Virus record (IMG/VR): IMGVR_UViG_3300047545_000041 | Location: 1-60,036 of that record | DNA: 60,036 nucleotides | Reading direction: 5' to 3' (one strand) | From: a virus | Lineage: Duplodnaviria; Caudoviricetes | Shown: positions 26,092 through 36,211 of the stretch, piece after piece | How positions within the stretch are numbered: the stretch's first letter is position 1 | Layout: the number at the start of each line of letters is the position of its first letter | Position numbers and translations under genes: made by a program | Notes under the pieces: model-generated | Seen by the model: the letters and a program-made list of their open reading frames with translations, nothing else | Told to the model about the DNA's origin: nothing | Databases searched by the model: none

Positions 26092-26274
26092 ATGAGAAAC
26101 TTCACCGTTAGCTTCAACAGCCAATGCAACGTCTTCAAAGGTGTGTTGCACGTCAAAGCAAACACAATCTCTGAAGCACAGGACAAGTTCTTTGAGTGGC
26201 TGCGTGAACAACCTACATATCCACATCTTTGGCAACTCACATTTGAGTTTGTAGAGATTGGAACTAGCCTATAA
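26092..26274 (+). CDS. Small hypothetical protein
   Basis: AAGG RBS; ORF in operon. Confidence 0.5.
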   Translation: MRNFTVSFNSQCNVFKGVLHVKANTISEAQDKFFEWLREQPTYPHLWQLTFEFVEIGTSL

Positions 26275-26327
26275 TGTCCCCTAAGAAGCCCCATGTCGGG
26301 GCTTCTTCACAACCAAAGGAAGTATTG

Positions 26328-27074
26328 ATGGTTACTAAACGAAAAGCAGCGCCAACACAGTCTAACGAATCACCAGCACCAGCTACTAAAAACAATAGCT
26401 TGCGTGTCAGGCTCGATGACATGGCAACGATCCAGCCTAAGACAGCAAAGCAGAAGGAATTCTTCGATGCCTATAACGCTGGTGACTACTTCATGTGTTT
26501 GCATGGTGTTGCTGGTACAGGTAAGACTTACATTGCCCTGTACAAAGCGCTTGAAGAGGTGATGGAAAAGACTAACCCTTACAAGAAGGTTGTCATTGTT
26601 CGTAGCTCTGTGCAAAGTCGTGACATGGGTTTCTTACCCGGTGACGCTAACGAGAAGATGGAGACGTTCATTCAACCCTATCGTCAAATCTGTGCCGACC
26701 TGTTCAATCGCAAGGATGCATGGGACCGTTTGGCTGAGCAAGGCTACATCGAATTCATTTCGACCAGCTTTATTCGCGGCACCACCTTCACCAACTCCAT
26801 CTTGTTGGCTGATGAAATTCAGAACATGACCTTTGAAGAACTTGACACCATCGTCACCCGTGTCGGTCACACATCGAAGATCATCTACTGCGGTGACATC
26901 CGACAGACTGACTTGAAGAAGAAGGATGACAAGACAGGCTTGCCAAAGTTCTTGGACATTGTGCAGGACATGCGAGAGTTCAGTAGGTTTGAGTTTGGTA
27001 TGGACGACATTGTCCGAAGCAGCTTGGTGAAGAACTACATCATTGCTAAAACACTTTATGAGGATCGTCAATAA
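26328..27074 (+). CDS. phoH: PhoH-family ATPase
   Basis: GVAGTGKT, GFLPG, FIRGTT, DEIQN, GD..QTD, DIVRS. Confidence 0.93.
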   Translation: MVTKRKAAPTQSNESPAPATKNNSLRVRLDDMATIQPKTAKQKEFFDAYNAGDYFMCLHGVAGTGKTYIALYKALEEVMEKTNPYKKVVIVRSSVQSRDMGFLPGDANEKMETFIQPYRQICADLFNRKDAWDRLAEQGYIEFISTSFIRGTTFTNSILLADEIQNMTFEELDTIVTRVGHTSKIIYCGDIRQTDLKKKDDKTGLPKFLDIVQDMREFSRFEFGMDDIVRSSLVKNYIIAKTLYEDRQ

Positions 27075-27274
27075 TGTTAATCATCAACTTCCGACAAGGC
27101 ATCGGCTTCGACATCGAGTACAACGAAGACATCTGTCACATCGTTGACACTGGTGAAAGACACGACACGTTGCATGCTTACAGCGGCATCATCATCTTGT
27201 TACCCTTCATCAAAATCTACTTCGGTCAGTTCGATCAAATCGGTGAACTTATTCCGAGCAAGAAAGATGATTGA
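27074..27274 (+). CDS. Small hypothetical protein
   Basis: GAGG RBS; coupled to phoH. Confidence 0.55.
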   Translation: MLIINFRQGIGFDIEYNEDICHIVDTGERHDTLHAYSGIIILLPFIKIYFGQFDQIGELIPSKKDD

Positions 27275-27752
27275 GGTTATCATCACTGGCGACATGCTCG
27301 TCACTGCCCGAGACAAGGCGGCAGAGATGGGCAAGCTACGCAATAGCATCATCAGTGGGGCTGGCAACTTAGCTGGCTTCTTAGGTGAAGCTATTGCTCA
27401 GCAGGTCATGGGAGGTGTACTCGCTAACACCTATGAATATGACCTCATCCTGTGCAATGGTAAGACAGTGGATGTGAAGACTAAGCAGACCTCTGTCAAG
27501 CCGTTAGAAACCTATGAGTGTTCTATTGCTGCTTTGAATACTAAGCAAGAATGTGACTACTATGCATTCGTTCGCGTGAAGAACGACTTCAGTGTTGGTT
27601 GGTTCTTGGGTGTATACGAAAAACAACAATACATGCTTGACGCAAAGTATCTGACAAAGGGTACAATTGATCCCGACAATGGCTATGTAGTTAAGAGCGA
27701 TTGTTACAACCTTCCTATCCACCAACTAAAGGAGCATACCTATGCAACTTAA
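27267..27752 (+). CDS. Putative PD-(D/E)XK nuclease
   Basis: G..GE...YD....VDVKTK. Confidence 0.6.
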   Translation: MIEVIITGDMLVTARDKAAEMGKLRNSIISGAGNLAGFLGEAIAQQVMGGVLANTYEYDLILCNGKTVDVKTKQTSVKPLETYECSIAALNTKQECDYYAFVRVKNDFSVGWFLGVYEKQQYMLDAKYLTKGTIDPDNGYVVKSDCYNLPIHQLKEHTYAT

Positions 27753-27877
27753 TGAAGCACAAACGATCTACGCATTGTTAGGTGTCCACCATCTTAAGCT
27801 GTTCATGCACAGCAAAGGTAAACAACCTAGCCATCGCAAGACCGGACCGGGTCGTAAACATCAACAAGGAAAACCAA

Positions 27878-28051
27878 ATGAATAAAGCCACCATCATCTT
27901 CACCGACAACAATGACGGTGGTTTAGAAATGCAAATCTTGTTTGACCCTGAACCAGTCAACAAAGAAAGCAACGCACACATCGCTGCTGTGTTGGCCTAC
28001 CAATACGTCACAGAGAAAGTCAATGAGGCCATTGAAGATGAACCAACCTAA
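27878..28051 (+). CDS. Small hypothetical protein
   Basis: AAGGA RBS before MNKATIIF. Confidence 0.55.
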   Translation: MNKATIIFTDNNDGGLEMQILFDPEPVNKESNAHIAAVLAYQYVTEKVNEAIEDEPT

Positions 28052-28328
28052 TCAACCTATCAAGCGCACCTCTGTCACCACGACAGACATGCAGCAGAAA
28101 ACTAAGAAGGTGGAGTACTTTGTTGTGCCTGACACGACAACAACGCTCTGCTTCATGCATCTGCACTGTGGCTTTCTCATCATGGGTAAGAGCGCCTGTG
28201 TAGACCCTGCTAAGTTTAACCAAGCCCTTGGTGAGAAGTATGCCTACGAGGATGCTATCAACAAGATGTGGGAACTAGAGGGTTATCTTTTGTCCAACGA
28301 AATCTATGGAGACAATCATGCAGTTTAA
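28038..28328 (+). CDS. Phage Gp49-family protein (possible nucleotide-signal sponge)
   Basis: T.C...L..GF...GKSACVDP..F...LGEKYA...A..KMWELEGYLL. Confidence 0.75.
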   Translation: MNQPNQPIKRTSVTTTDMQQKTKKVEYFVVPDTTTTLCFMHLHCGFLIMGKSACVDPAKFNQALGEKYAYEDAINKMWELEGYLLSNEIYGDNHAV

Positions 28329-28491
28329 ACGTCCTCAACATTTGTTGCGTATTCAATTCGAGAAAGGCTACTACGCCTTCAGTCGTGGTTGGCTCACCAA
28401 CAGCTATGACCCATCTAGCTTGGCTGGTATGGAATGGGAACGTGGCTTTAACGCTGCCTACTTCGACAACCTTGCGAAGCTCACCAAATGA
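28318..28491 (+). CDS. Small RMF-like protein
   Basis: FEKGYYAF..G..N.Y....EWERGFN.A pattern. Confidence 0.5.
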   Translation: MQFKRPQHLLRIQFEKGYYAFSRGWLTNSYDPSSLAGMEWERGFNAAYFDNLAKLTK

Positions 28492-28871
28492 CAACGTTCA
28501 ATCGCCTTCACAACATGAAGAATCCCAATCAAGGGACAGCAAAGAAAGTGTTGTGCGTATGCTCAGCAGGTTTGTTGCGTAGTCCTACATTGGCTTGGAT
28601 TCTCTCTAACGATCCGTTCAACTACAATACCAGAGCAGTTGGTACATCCAGCCAGTATGCTTTGATTGCGCTTGACGAGGTTCAACTTCAGTGGGCCGAT
28701 GCTGTTGTATTTGTTGACGATGGCAACTACATTACAGCTTGTTATGAGCACAAAGAACTGATCGACAATATGGAACACTATGTGTTGGAGATTCCTGACA
28801 TCTATCAGTTCCGTCATCCTAAGCTTGTGGAGGCTGCAACAAAGCAGTTGAAGGAAGCGTTTAAGGTGTAA
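28488..28871 (+). CDS. Low-molecular-weight protein-tyrosine-phosphatase-like protein
   Basis: LCVCSAGLLRSPT (CX5R), WAD, IPD.Y. Confidence 0.85.
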   Translation: MTTFNRLHNMKNPNQGTAKKVLCVCSAGLLRSPTLAWILSNDPFNYNTRAVGTSSQYALIALDEVQLQWADAVVFVDDGNYITACYEHKELIDNMEHYVLEIPDIYQFRHPKLVEAATKQLKEAFKV

Positions 28872-28873
28872 AC

Positions 28874-28905
28874 AAAAAGGGAAGCTTTATCGGCTTCCCT
28901 TTTTT
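28874..28905. terminator. Bidirectional intrinsic terminator between the two genome arms
   Basis: AAAAAGGGAAGC-TTTATCG-GCTTCCCTTTTTT between convergent stops. Confidence 0.9.
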
Positions 28906-28922
28906 CGTTGTGTCGGTAGATG

Positions 28923-31900
28923 TTATCGACGACTTGCGAGGCCACCCTTTGCCAGCTTTGGAATCATCTTTGTCACCTCATCCAACGGTTTAGTACGCTT
29001 AGCTTCATCAACCGCTGTGGAGATTGCAGGTTCCGACTGTTGAAACTTCTTCAACTTGTCGCTGAGTTCATACAGATTCTGTGCTTTCTGTTTGGCTCCA
29101 CCATCCCACAAAATATCACCGACCTCTCGCATCTGACGTTGAATACCTGAGTAGTCTGCGAAGAAGTTGATGGCAGCTTGATATTGTTGACCAAGACCAG
29201 TCTTAGTTGATGTCGCCTTACCCATACCGATGTAGCTATTCATCAAGTCTTTGATGCCGCTATACGACATGTATGCCATCTTCATTCGCTCTTTAGGATC
29301 GTTAGATTGACGAGCAGTTTTCATATACTCTGAAATAAGCTCTTCATCTTTTTTCACTTCAGCACGAACAACATCTTTACCGCCAGCTTGAAGAACATTA
29401 GATACATCTGTCTCGGCACTACGCAGCTTGGCGTTTCTACCTTTGACACGAAGCTTCTCAGCCTCCAACATCATGTCTTCAGTTTCCAAGAAACCAGCAC
29501 GAGGTAGACCGATTGGACGAACAACACCGGGTGCGCCAGTGACAGCGCGAAGGATAGTGTTCATGTCTTTCTTGTCATATTTCTCAGGAGCCATGTTGAT
29601 TTTGTTGAACACATAATCAGCGTATGGAATTTCAGTGACAACATAGTTCTTAGGATCGGTGCCACCAAATCTGGAACTTCTTAAACCAAGGTTCAAGTCT
29701 CTAGTAAATGATGGAGCACCAACCAACATTTCATCATGAGTTTCACTTCGTTTTGTTGGGTCAATAAAGCCTGACTGTTTTATACCTTCAATACCTCTAC
29801 TACCACCTTGACCGTGGAACAGTTTCACAGGTGGTACATCCTTGTACTTCTCACGCAAAACATCAAGGCGCTTCTGATATTGACCAGCCAACTTCACAGC
29901 GTCAGCAAGCATCTCAGGGTCTTTAGGATTGAGTTCAACACCACGAGAATATCGATAGTCACCCAACACCACACCCAACACATCATCATCCACCGATGCA
30001 AACTTGTCGTTGTTACGCAGTTTAAAGAAACTGTCTTCGCGTGTTTCCTTAATAGCAGCAACCGCATTGTTCCGTGCATTGGTATTGAAATTTCCTGTAA
30101 TGCTATTTACATCACCAGACAAATACTTAGGATCAACACCGTACTCATCAGCAACTGGTTCAGCCTTCTTGATGACAGCTTTACCACCGACACTGACAGG
30201 ATTACCGTCAATGTCATATTCAACTTCATCCACCAAAGACTCAGCAGCTTCATCAGTCTTCTTAGCGAATGGTTGTGGTGGCATCTCAGAATACTTCAAT
30301 CCTTTAGCTTGACCAGTGAAGCTATGCAGAGTGTTCTCATAGTCTTCAGGGTTGGCAATCTTCCAAGACTTCAACTGCTCAGGTGTATACAACTCCAGCA
30401 TAGCTTCTTCACCCATGACATAGTCTTCATCGGCAAAAGCTTTAGAAGGCGCAGGAGCCTCTATCGCCTGTACTGGTGGGGCAGGTAGGGCTTGCTCTGT
30501 TTGACTCAACGCAGGCGCTTCTGATGGGGTTGCTGTTGATTCAGGAAGCGTAGGCTTAGACTTTGCTGTAGTCTTAGGAAGCACAGGCTTCTTACCCATC
30601 AACATGTTTGCTGTCTGGTCGATGGCGGGAGATGTTGCAGGCTTAGACAGTTCTTTGTCAACAATGTCGTTAATAATTGAGTCATCAATTGTCTCAGGCT
30701 TAGCTACCTTCAGCCTTTTAGCTGTGTCCAATACAGACTCAGTAGCGCCACCAATAAGTTTCTTACCAACAACCTTAGACGCTGCCAATCCACCAAGAGC
30801 GTAAGCAGGAACAAGACCACCTTGAGCAAACTCTAGATCAGCCATCATAGCCTTATATTTATCAATGGCTCTATAGTCTTTGGCTTCTTCTAAAGTTTTA
30901 CCATCGTTGTCTTTGGCGTAACGGCTGTTAATAATCTTACGTTGTCTTTCAGGTAGCTTATTAAACTCCATCTTTTTAATACGCAACATATCTTCAGACA
31001 TGAATGTTGCTTCTGTTCTGTCACGAGCAATGTCTGTAACTTTTCTTACAGCGTTTGTCAACTTCTCGATTTGTTCATTAGGTGAGAGTTGTTGATACCG
31101 TTTGTCATTAACTTGTTTCTCAACAGCTTGAATAACAGCAGGGTTAGCAACCTGAACGAATTTACGGTCATACTCACGATCACCGGATGATGGTCCATAC
31201 AGTTTGTATGGGTCAATACCAAGTCGTAAAATCTCTTTCTCAGCAACAGTCTTTGCTGGTGTCTCACGTACACCAACCAAGCTGTAGAAGAATTCACCTT
31301 CTTTATATACCGGACCTTCGCGTAAACGTGGAACAGCTTCAGGTAAAGACTCTTTGACAACTGGCAGCTTACCCTGTACACGATTAACAGCAGCCTCAAT
31401 GAAACGATCACCACTGCCTTCAGCGGTAATAACATTAGGATCACGCTGAACAGCACCTTGCTCACGGAACAAATCAAAGAATTCGTAAGCGCTCTTAAAC
31501 ACAAACGGTTGTGAGAAACGAGCAGTGAAGTCACCGAGAATCTTACCCGCAGCAACAGCAAAACCATCAGCATCCTTCTCAGAAGAGAATGCGTTGAAGA
31601 TTTTATCCATCAAATAGTTCTGAGTACCAGCAGGCAATTTCATACCTATGATAGCTTCTTGTGCATCCTTAAAGCTGGCATCAATACCAAGTTTTTGTTT
31701 AGCTAAAAAGTCAGCAACAATCAATGTCGGACCAAGTGGAAAAACACCACGCATGTCAACGGTACTTCCGTCTTCTTGCTTCATACTACCAGCATCAATG
31801 TCTTGGTTGTTCAAGCGATAATCATAGGCCGCTGCCAAGGCAGCAGTACCAACAACACCCTTGGCAATGTTTTCTTGACCTTTACGAATCATACCGTCAC

Positions 31901-34130
31901 CAGCACTTGAACCTGCTGCCTTCAACAAAGACCCTTGCAGCAAGTCTTCTATACCTGATGCTGCGCCGAAGACGCTATATCGATATTGGAAAGCAATAGC
32001 ATTAGACATGAATCGTGGGAATGGAGCAATTAAACTACCGCCCGGTCCTTCAGCAGCCTTGACAAATAAGTTGCCATACTTTTCTGCACCAGCCTCAAAA
32101 CCAACCACACCCTTCTTCGGCATCTTCGGTGTGTAGGAGAATGTAGCCTTCAATGTTTCATCAGTAGCTTGTTTCAAGATCGATGCGGGAATAGTCTTAC
32201 CTGCACCAATTGTTTCATACATGTCCAAACCAGCGCGGCGCATGTGTTTCTCAACAGCAGCGTTGAAGATGGCTTTGCGGAAGAAAGCATCCTGTGCCAC
32301 GTTCAAGATGTTGAATACCTGAGCAGCTTTAGAGATATTATCATTAACACCTTCTGTAGCGCTCAAAATGTTGTTACGCAATGCAGGGTTGTGCTGCAAC
32401 AATGTATCTGTCACTTCAGTAGACAACCCACCCTTTGCCATGTACCCGTACACACTGAACGCATCACTCATTGTGTCACCAAGACTACGCATGGCAGTGG
32501 TGAGTCGCTGACCTTTAGCTGCACCATCGAGAGTACGACCAACAGTGTACATCGCTCCTTCAATGAGTGAAGCAGCGGAATTGTATGTCAGACCAACACT
32601 AGTACCAAGCACGTTACGAACTGTGGTGCCGATACCAGAAACAATCCAAGCCTTAGACTCGCGTTCAACATTCACTATAACTTGACCAACACGGCCAAGC
32701 GCTGTCACTTGACTGTCTGGTTTGGCAAACAAAGCATCTACTTGCTTAGCAACCTCCGGATCAAGATTTGTCATTTTAGTCAACAGCTTAGACGCAGCAG
32801 AATATTGCTGCATAACCTGAGCAGCTTCTGTCACCGTCATCTTGTTTGCTTTAGCGAAGTCGTCTGGTGTCAAACCTTCCTTACGAATAGCCTGTTCCAG
32901 TACAACATCGTCTACATTGTCCAGATTGGAGAACACTTCGTTGATGGCAGAGCTAGTTTGTTGATTGGGTTTAAGACGGAACGTTGGGTCTTGCTCAATG
33001 ACGTGCATCGCTACACGAACAGCACGAGCGGACATGTCCTTTTGAATCTTTGAATCTGTCAAAGCTGTAGCGGGATTGACTTCGTCCAAGATGCGACGAC
33101 CTTCAATCTTGATGAAGTCTTCAACCACCTTGTCCATGTTCTCAGTGACAGGGTCAATCAAGATGCGCTCAGTCGATGTGACTGGTGCATTGGGATTGGT
33201 AGGCAGGGCTTGTTTCTTCTTCAAGATGTCAGTGAGTTGATCAGCACCGGACTTACCAGCGGGAACAGCCAATGTACCTTTAGCTTCAGCAAAGCCACCA
33301 ACAGAGCTAAACAAAGCAGCAACCGCCATTTGACCAGCATCAAGTTCAGCAGGCTGTTCACCAAGCGACTTAGCTACTTCTTGTTTCTTCTTTTGTTCGA
33401 TGACGTTCTGTCCAACACCGACGATGGCTTCTGTGCCTACAGTGGCAGTAGTGACAGCAGCAGGGGTAGCTTTAAGAATAGCAGATGTTGCAGCCTTTGT
33501 TGCTTCTTTAGCAATGAGCTTCTTACCTACAGCAGCAGTACCGAAACCAATGTAGTTGGTCAAGTCAGTGAGTGCAGACTTTGCAATGTCAACGAATGGT
33601 GCAGCACCGGGTTGACCACCTTTTTCCGTAGCATCTTTAACTTGATCAAACAAACGATTACCAAGTGCCAACTTCTCACGATCAGGCATTGATGAGTTCT
33701 TCAGCTTGTTGAGAGCAGCAATGTTAGAGAAAGTGTTCCACTCATTACCGCGCAACTCAGACATAAAAGAAGCAACGTATTGTTCTTTGTTCTGACCTTC
33801 TTTGTACTCTTTACCAGTGGCAACCTTGTTGTAGTCAGTAACAATCTTGAACAAGTCAGGATTGGTATAGAGTTCTTGGTAGTCAAACTTAGGTTTGTTA
33901 CGCTCTTCAATAGCAGCAGTCTGTACCTTCTTCAACTCTGTAGCACGTTGACGTGGTGCAGCCATAGCAGGCTTGGTCAAATCCACTTCAGGCTTTGCAG
34001 CCATGCGTTCAATTTGTTGTGGTGTTGGCGCTAGTGATGTATCACCTGTAACACTCTGTGACTTCAGCCATTCTTCTGGCGACAAAGGTGCAGCAGGTGT
34101 GGATTGTTTCAGCCATTCTTCTGGACTCAT
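28923..34130 (-). CDS. Large internal virion/ejection protein with possible C-terminal ADP-ribosyltransferase-like domain
   Basis: 1735 aa, last gene of the virion arm; PFPRF motif; KLFHG..GF..PSFT..E in the C-terminal third. Confidence 0.7.
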   Translation of the reverse strand: MSPEEWLKQSTPAAPLSPEEWLKSQSVTGDTSLAPTPQQIERMAAKPEVDLTKPAMAAPRQRATELKKVQTAAIEERNKPKFDYQELYTNPDLFKIVTDYNKVATGKEYKEGQNKEQYVASFMSELRGNEWNTFSNIAALNKLKNSSMPDREKLALGNRLFDQVKDATEKGGQPGAAPFVDIAKSALTDLTNYIGFGTAAVGKKLIAKEATKAATSAILKATPAAVTTATVGTEAIVGVGQNVIEQKKKQEVAKSLGEQPAELDAGQMAVAALFSSVGGFAEAKGTLAVPAGKSGADQLTDILKKKQALPTNPNAPVTSTERILIDPVTENMDKVVEDFIKIEGRRILDEVNPATALTDSKIQKDMSARAVRVAMHVIEQDPTFRLKPNQQTSSAINEVFSNLDNVDDVVLEQAIRKEGLTPDDFAKANKMTVTEAAQVMQQYSAASKLLTKMTNLDPEVAKQVDALFAKPDSQVTALGRVGQVIVNVERESKAWIVSGIGTTVRNVLGTSVGLTYNSAASLIEGAMYTVGRTLDGAAKGQRLTTAMRSLGDTMSDAFSVYGYMAKGGLSTEVTDTLLQHNPALRNNILSATEGVNDNISKAAQVFNILNVAQDAFFRKAIFNAAVEKHMRRAGLDMYETIGAGKTIPASILKQATDETLKATFSYTPKMPKKGVVGFEAGAEKYGNLFVKAAEGPGGSLIAPFPRFMSNAIAFQYRYSVFGAASGIEDLLQGSLLKAAGSSAGDGMIRKGQENIAKGVVGTAALAAAYDYRLNNQDIDAGSMKQEDGSTVDMRGVFPLGPTLIVADFLAKQKLGIDASFKDAQEAIIGMKLPAGTQNYLMDKIFNAFSSEKDADGFAVAAGKILGDFTARFSQPFVFKSAYEFFDLFREQGAVQRDPNVITAEGSGDRFIEAAVNRVQGKLPVVKESLPEAVPRLREGPVYKEGEFFYSLVGVRETPAKTVAEKEILRLGIDPYKLYGPSSGDREYDRKFVQVANPAVIQAVEKQVNDKRYQQLSPNEQIEKLTNAVRKVTDIARDRTEATFMSEDMLRIKKMEFNKLPERQRKIINSRYAKDNDGKTLEEAKDYRAIDKYKAMMADLEFAQGGLVPAYALGGLAASKVVGKKLIGGATESVLDTAKRLKVAKPETIDDSIINDIVDKELSKPATSPAIDQTANMLMGKKPVLPKTTAKSKPTLPESTATPSEAPALSQTEQALPAPPVQAIEAPAPSKAFADEDYVMGEEAMLELYTPEQLKSWKIANPEDYENTLHSFTGQAKGLKYSEMPPQPFAKKTDEAAESLVDEVEYDIDGNPVSVGGKAVIKKAEPVADEYGVDPKYLSGDVNSITGNFNTNARNNAVAAIKETREDSFFKLRNNDKFASVDDDVLGVVLGDYRYSRGVELNPKDPEMLADAVKLAGQYQKRLDVLREKYKDVPPVKLFHGQGGSRGIEGIKQSGFIDPTKRSETHDEMLVGAPSFTRDLNLGLRSSRFGGTDPKNYVVTEIPYADYVFNKINMAPEKYDKKDMNTILRAVTGAPGVVRPIGLPRAGFLETEDMMLEAEKLRVKGRNAKLRSAETDVSNVLQAGGKDVVRAEVKKDEELISEYMKTARQSNDPKERMKMAYMSYSGIKDLMNSYIGMGKATSTKTGLGQQYQAAINFFADYSGIQRQMREVGDILWDGGAKQKAQNLYELSDKLKKFQQSEPAISTAVDEAKRTKPLDEVTKMIPKLAKGGLASRR

Positions 34131-35515
34131 TTAGTTGCCCCTACAGATTTCTTGTATTCATTCCATTGTTGATCTGTGAAGTTTGTAGGTCGTGTATAGA
34201 CCTTACCGTCCACGGTGACACTGTTTGCTGTAGGTGAAGGCACTGTTGGCTTTGCAGCAGGCTGTGGTCCAGCAGCAGCAGGCGCAGCATTACCACCGTC
34301 TGTTCTAACAACAGAAGGAACAACCGATGTGTACGAGTTCATCACCGATGCAACATCACGATTGAACGGCTGACCCTTAGCGTCTGTGTAAAGCGACAAA
34401 GCATTCTTCGCTGCGTTAGCTTGTGTCTCCAAGATTTGACGACGAAGAGTTTCATTATCACCGATGTAGTCGATACCAACACTACCGTCAGCCTTCTCAA
34501 CAATAGCAAGCTGCTTAGTCTTGATCAAGTCACCATGCTTAGCAGCAACAGCACGAGCAACAGCAGCAGATGTGAAGGTGTTCAATGTACCCAATGCAGG
34601 AATCTTACCTTCACCAGCACCTTCACCAGCCTTCTTAGCCAATGCTTCAGCACGTACATCAGCCATGAGTTTGTCGTATTCAGGCTTAGCCGCTTTACGC
34701 TCTTCAGCAGTACCGAACATATAACGGTTCTTGATGTCAGCAACCTTGTTAGAGAACTGTTGTTGTTCGGATGTCAATGTGTCTTTGATGTTCTTGAAGA
34801 TCATAAGATCAGCCTTAGCCACATTAATAGCTTCGGTATCACCTTTTTGTTCAGCTTTCAACAAAGCAAGCTTAGCGTCTTTCTCACGCTCGTCGTAGCT
34901 TTTCTCTTTCTGGAATGCTGCCATGTTAAAGGTTGCACCAGTATCAATCTCAGGACGTTTGAATCCACTGGCGGCACGAAGCTGTTCAATGGAAACACCC
35001 ATAGCTCTAGCGGTTTGCTCTTCAGCTTTACTGGCTGCACGATCTGATGCACCCTTTCTAATCTGAGCAAAGAAGTTGGTGTCTTCATCAACAACAATCC
35101 CTTCAGCTTTACGAGCACTCTTAGACACTTCAGGAATCGATGTATAAGCTTTCATCGCTTCTTCAAAGGAGCGCTTAGACGCATTAGCTTCTTTGATCTT
35201 TACAAAGTCAGCCACTCTGAAATTACCGGGATTGGCTTCAGCAGCTTTGACTGCCATTTCCATAGCAGCATCATTAGTGGCGGCAGCAAACAATTCAGCA
35301 TCTGTGGCTGTGCTGTCAAAGGTCTTTAAGATTTCTTTGTTCTTTAGAAACTTATCTTCAAGCTTACGGTTTTCAGCCATCACCTTGTCGTAGTTTTCTT
35401 TGAGTGCTTTAACACCATACATCCCAACCTTAGACGCTTCTTCCTCGTCTTTCTTGAGAGTGTCTACAACGGCTTCAGCGGCACCAGCCGCAAATGAACT
35501 AAACTTGAATCCCAT
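34127..35515 (-). CDS. Internal virion protein
   Basis: 462 aa, helical Ala/Lys/Glu-rich; position. Confidence 0.65.
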   Translation of the reverse strand: MGFKFSSFAAGAAEAVVDTLKKDEEEASKVGMYGVKALKENYDKVMAENRKLEDKFLKNKEILKTFDSTATDAELFAAATNDAAMEMAVKAAEANPGNFRVADFVKIKEANASKRSFEEAMKAYTSIPEVSKSARKAEGIVVDEDTNFFAQIRKGASDRAASKAEEQTARAMGVSIEQLRAASGFKRPEIDTGATFNMAAFQKEKSYDEREKDAKLALLKAEQKGDTEAINVAKADLMIFKNIKDTLTSEQQQFSNKVADIKNRYMFGTAEERKAAKPEYDKLMADVRAEALAKKAGEGAGEGKIPALGTLNTFTSAAVARAVAAKHGDLIKTKQLAIVEKADGSVGIDYIGDNETLRRQILETQANAAKNALSLYTDAKGQPFNRDVASVMNSYTSVVPSVVRTDGGNAAPAAAGPQPAAKPTVPSPTANSVTVDGKVYTRPTNFTDQQWNEYKKSVGATK

Positions 35516-36006
35516 TACATACTCTCCATCTTCTTAGGCTTACGAGCCATCAAGCCTGAAAGCTCTACTTGAGGTTCAACAACTTCTTCAACAGCAACCG
35601 AAGCTTTCTTCATTGCTTGTTTCACTACACGATCAGGAATCGTACCCGCATCTTCGTCTTCTTCAAACACTTGATACTTAACTCCGTGCAGTTCAGCAGT
35701 GGTCTTCAACATCTCAATGATGACAGGAACAACCAATATACCAGTATCGATTGTGTGAATACCTGAAGCTACACCGGACAACATCATTCCATTAGCCAAT
35801 GCTGCCAATGGTACACCAGTCTCAATAGCATCGAGAGTGGAGTTGATCATACTAGCAGACGACAGATTGGTGACGTATCCTTGAGCAACGTCATTCACTG
35901 TAACAAATTTAGGTGGTGTAGACCAAGGACGACTCTTAGGTTCTGCTGTCCACGAAATACCGGGTGGTACAGGTTTGATAAGATCAACGGGACTAAGATT
36001 AGCCAT
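35515..36006 (-). CDS. Virion-associated hypothetical protein
   Basis: P.PG.S.T.EP..RPW..PP motif; coupled. Confidence 0.65.
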   Translation of the reverse strand: MANLSPVDLIKPVPPGISWTAEPKSRPWSTPPKFVTVNDVAQGYVTNLSSASMINSTLDAIETGVPLAALANGMMLSGVASGIHTIDTGILVVPVIIEMLKTTAELHGVKYQVFEEDEDAGTIPDRVVKQAMKKASVAVEEVVEPQVELSGLMARKPKKMESM

Positions 36007-36199
36007 TCTTCATTTCCTCTCGTGACTGTCGAATACTTTGTACAAAGCTGGCAATAACATCCAACTCAGTTTGCTTTGAAGATGCGGAAGGTTTTGTTGG
36101 CGCTAACAATCCTTTAGCTTCCTTAGTTTTCTTTGCTCCTTTTTCTTTGGAAGAAATTAGAGCTTCGATTTTATTCATGTAGTTTTTGATGTGTTGCAT
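35999..36199 (-). CDS. Small basic hypothetical protein
   Basis: AAGGA RBS; KGLLAP motif. Confidence 0.6.
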   Translation of the reverse strand: MQHIKNYMNKIEALISSKEKGAKKTKEAKGLLAPTKPSASSKQTELDVIASFVQSIRQSREEMKNG

Positions 36200-36211
36200 T
36201 TTAGTCCTTCA

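Noticed and set aside
28923-34130. N4-like virion RNA polymerase
   Set aside because: About half the expected size, and no recognisable single-subunit RNAP motifs
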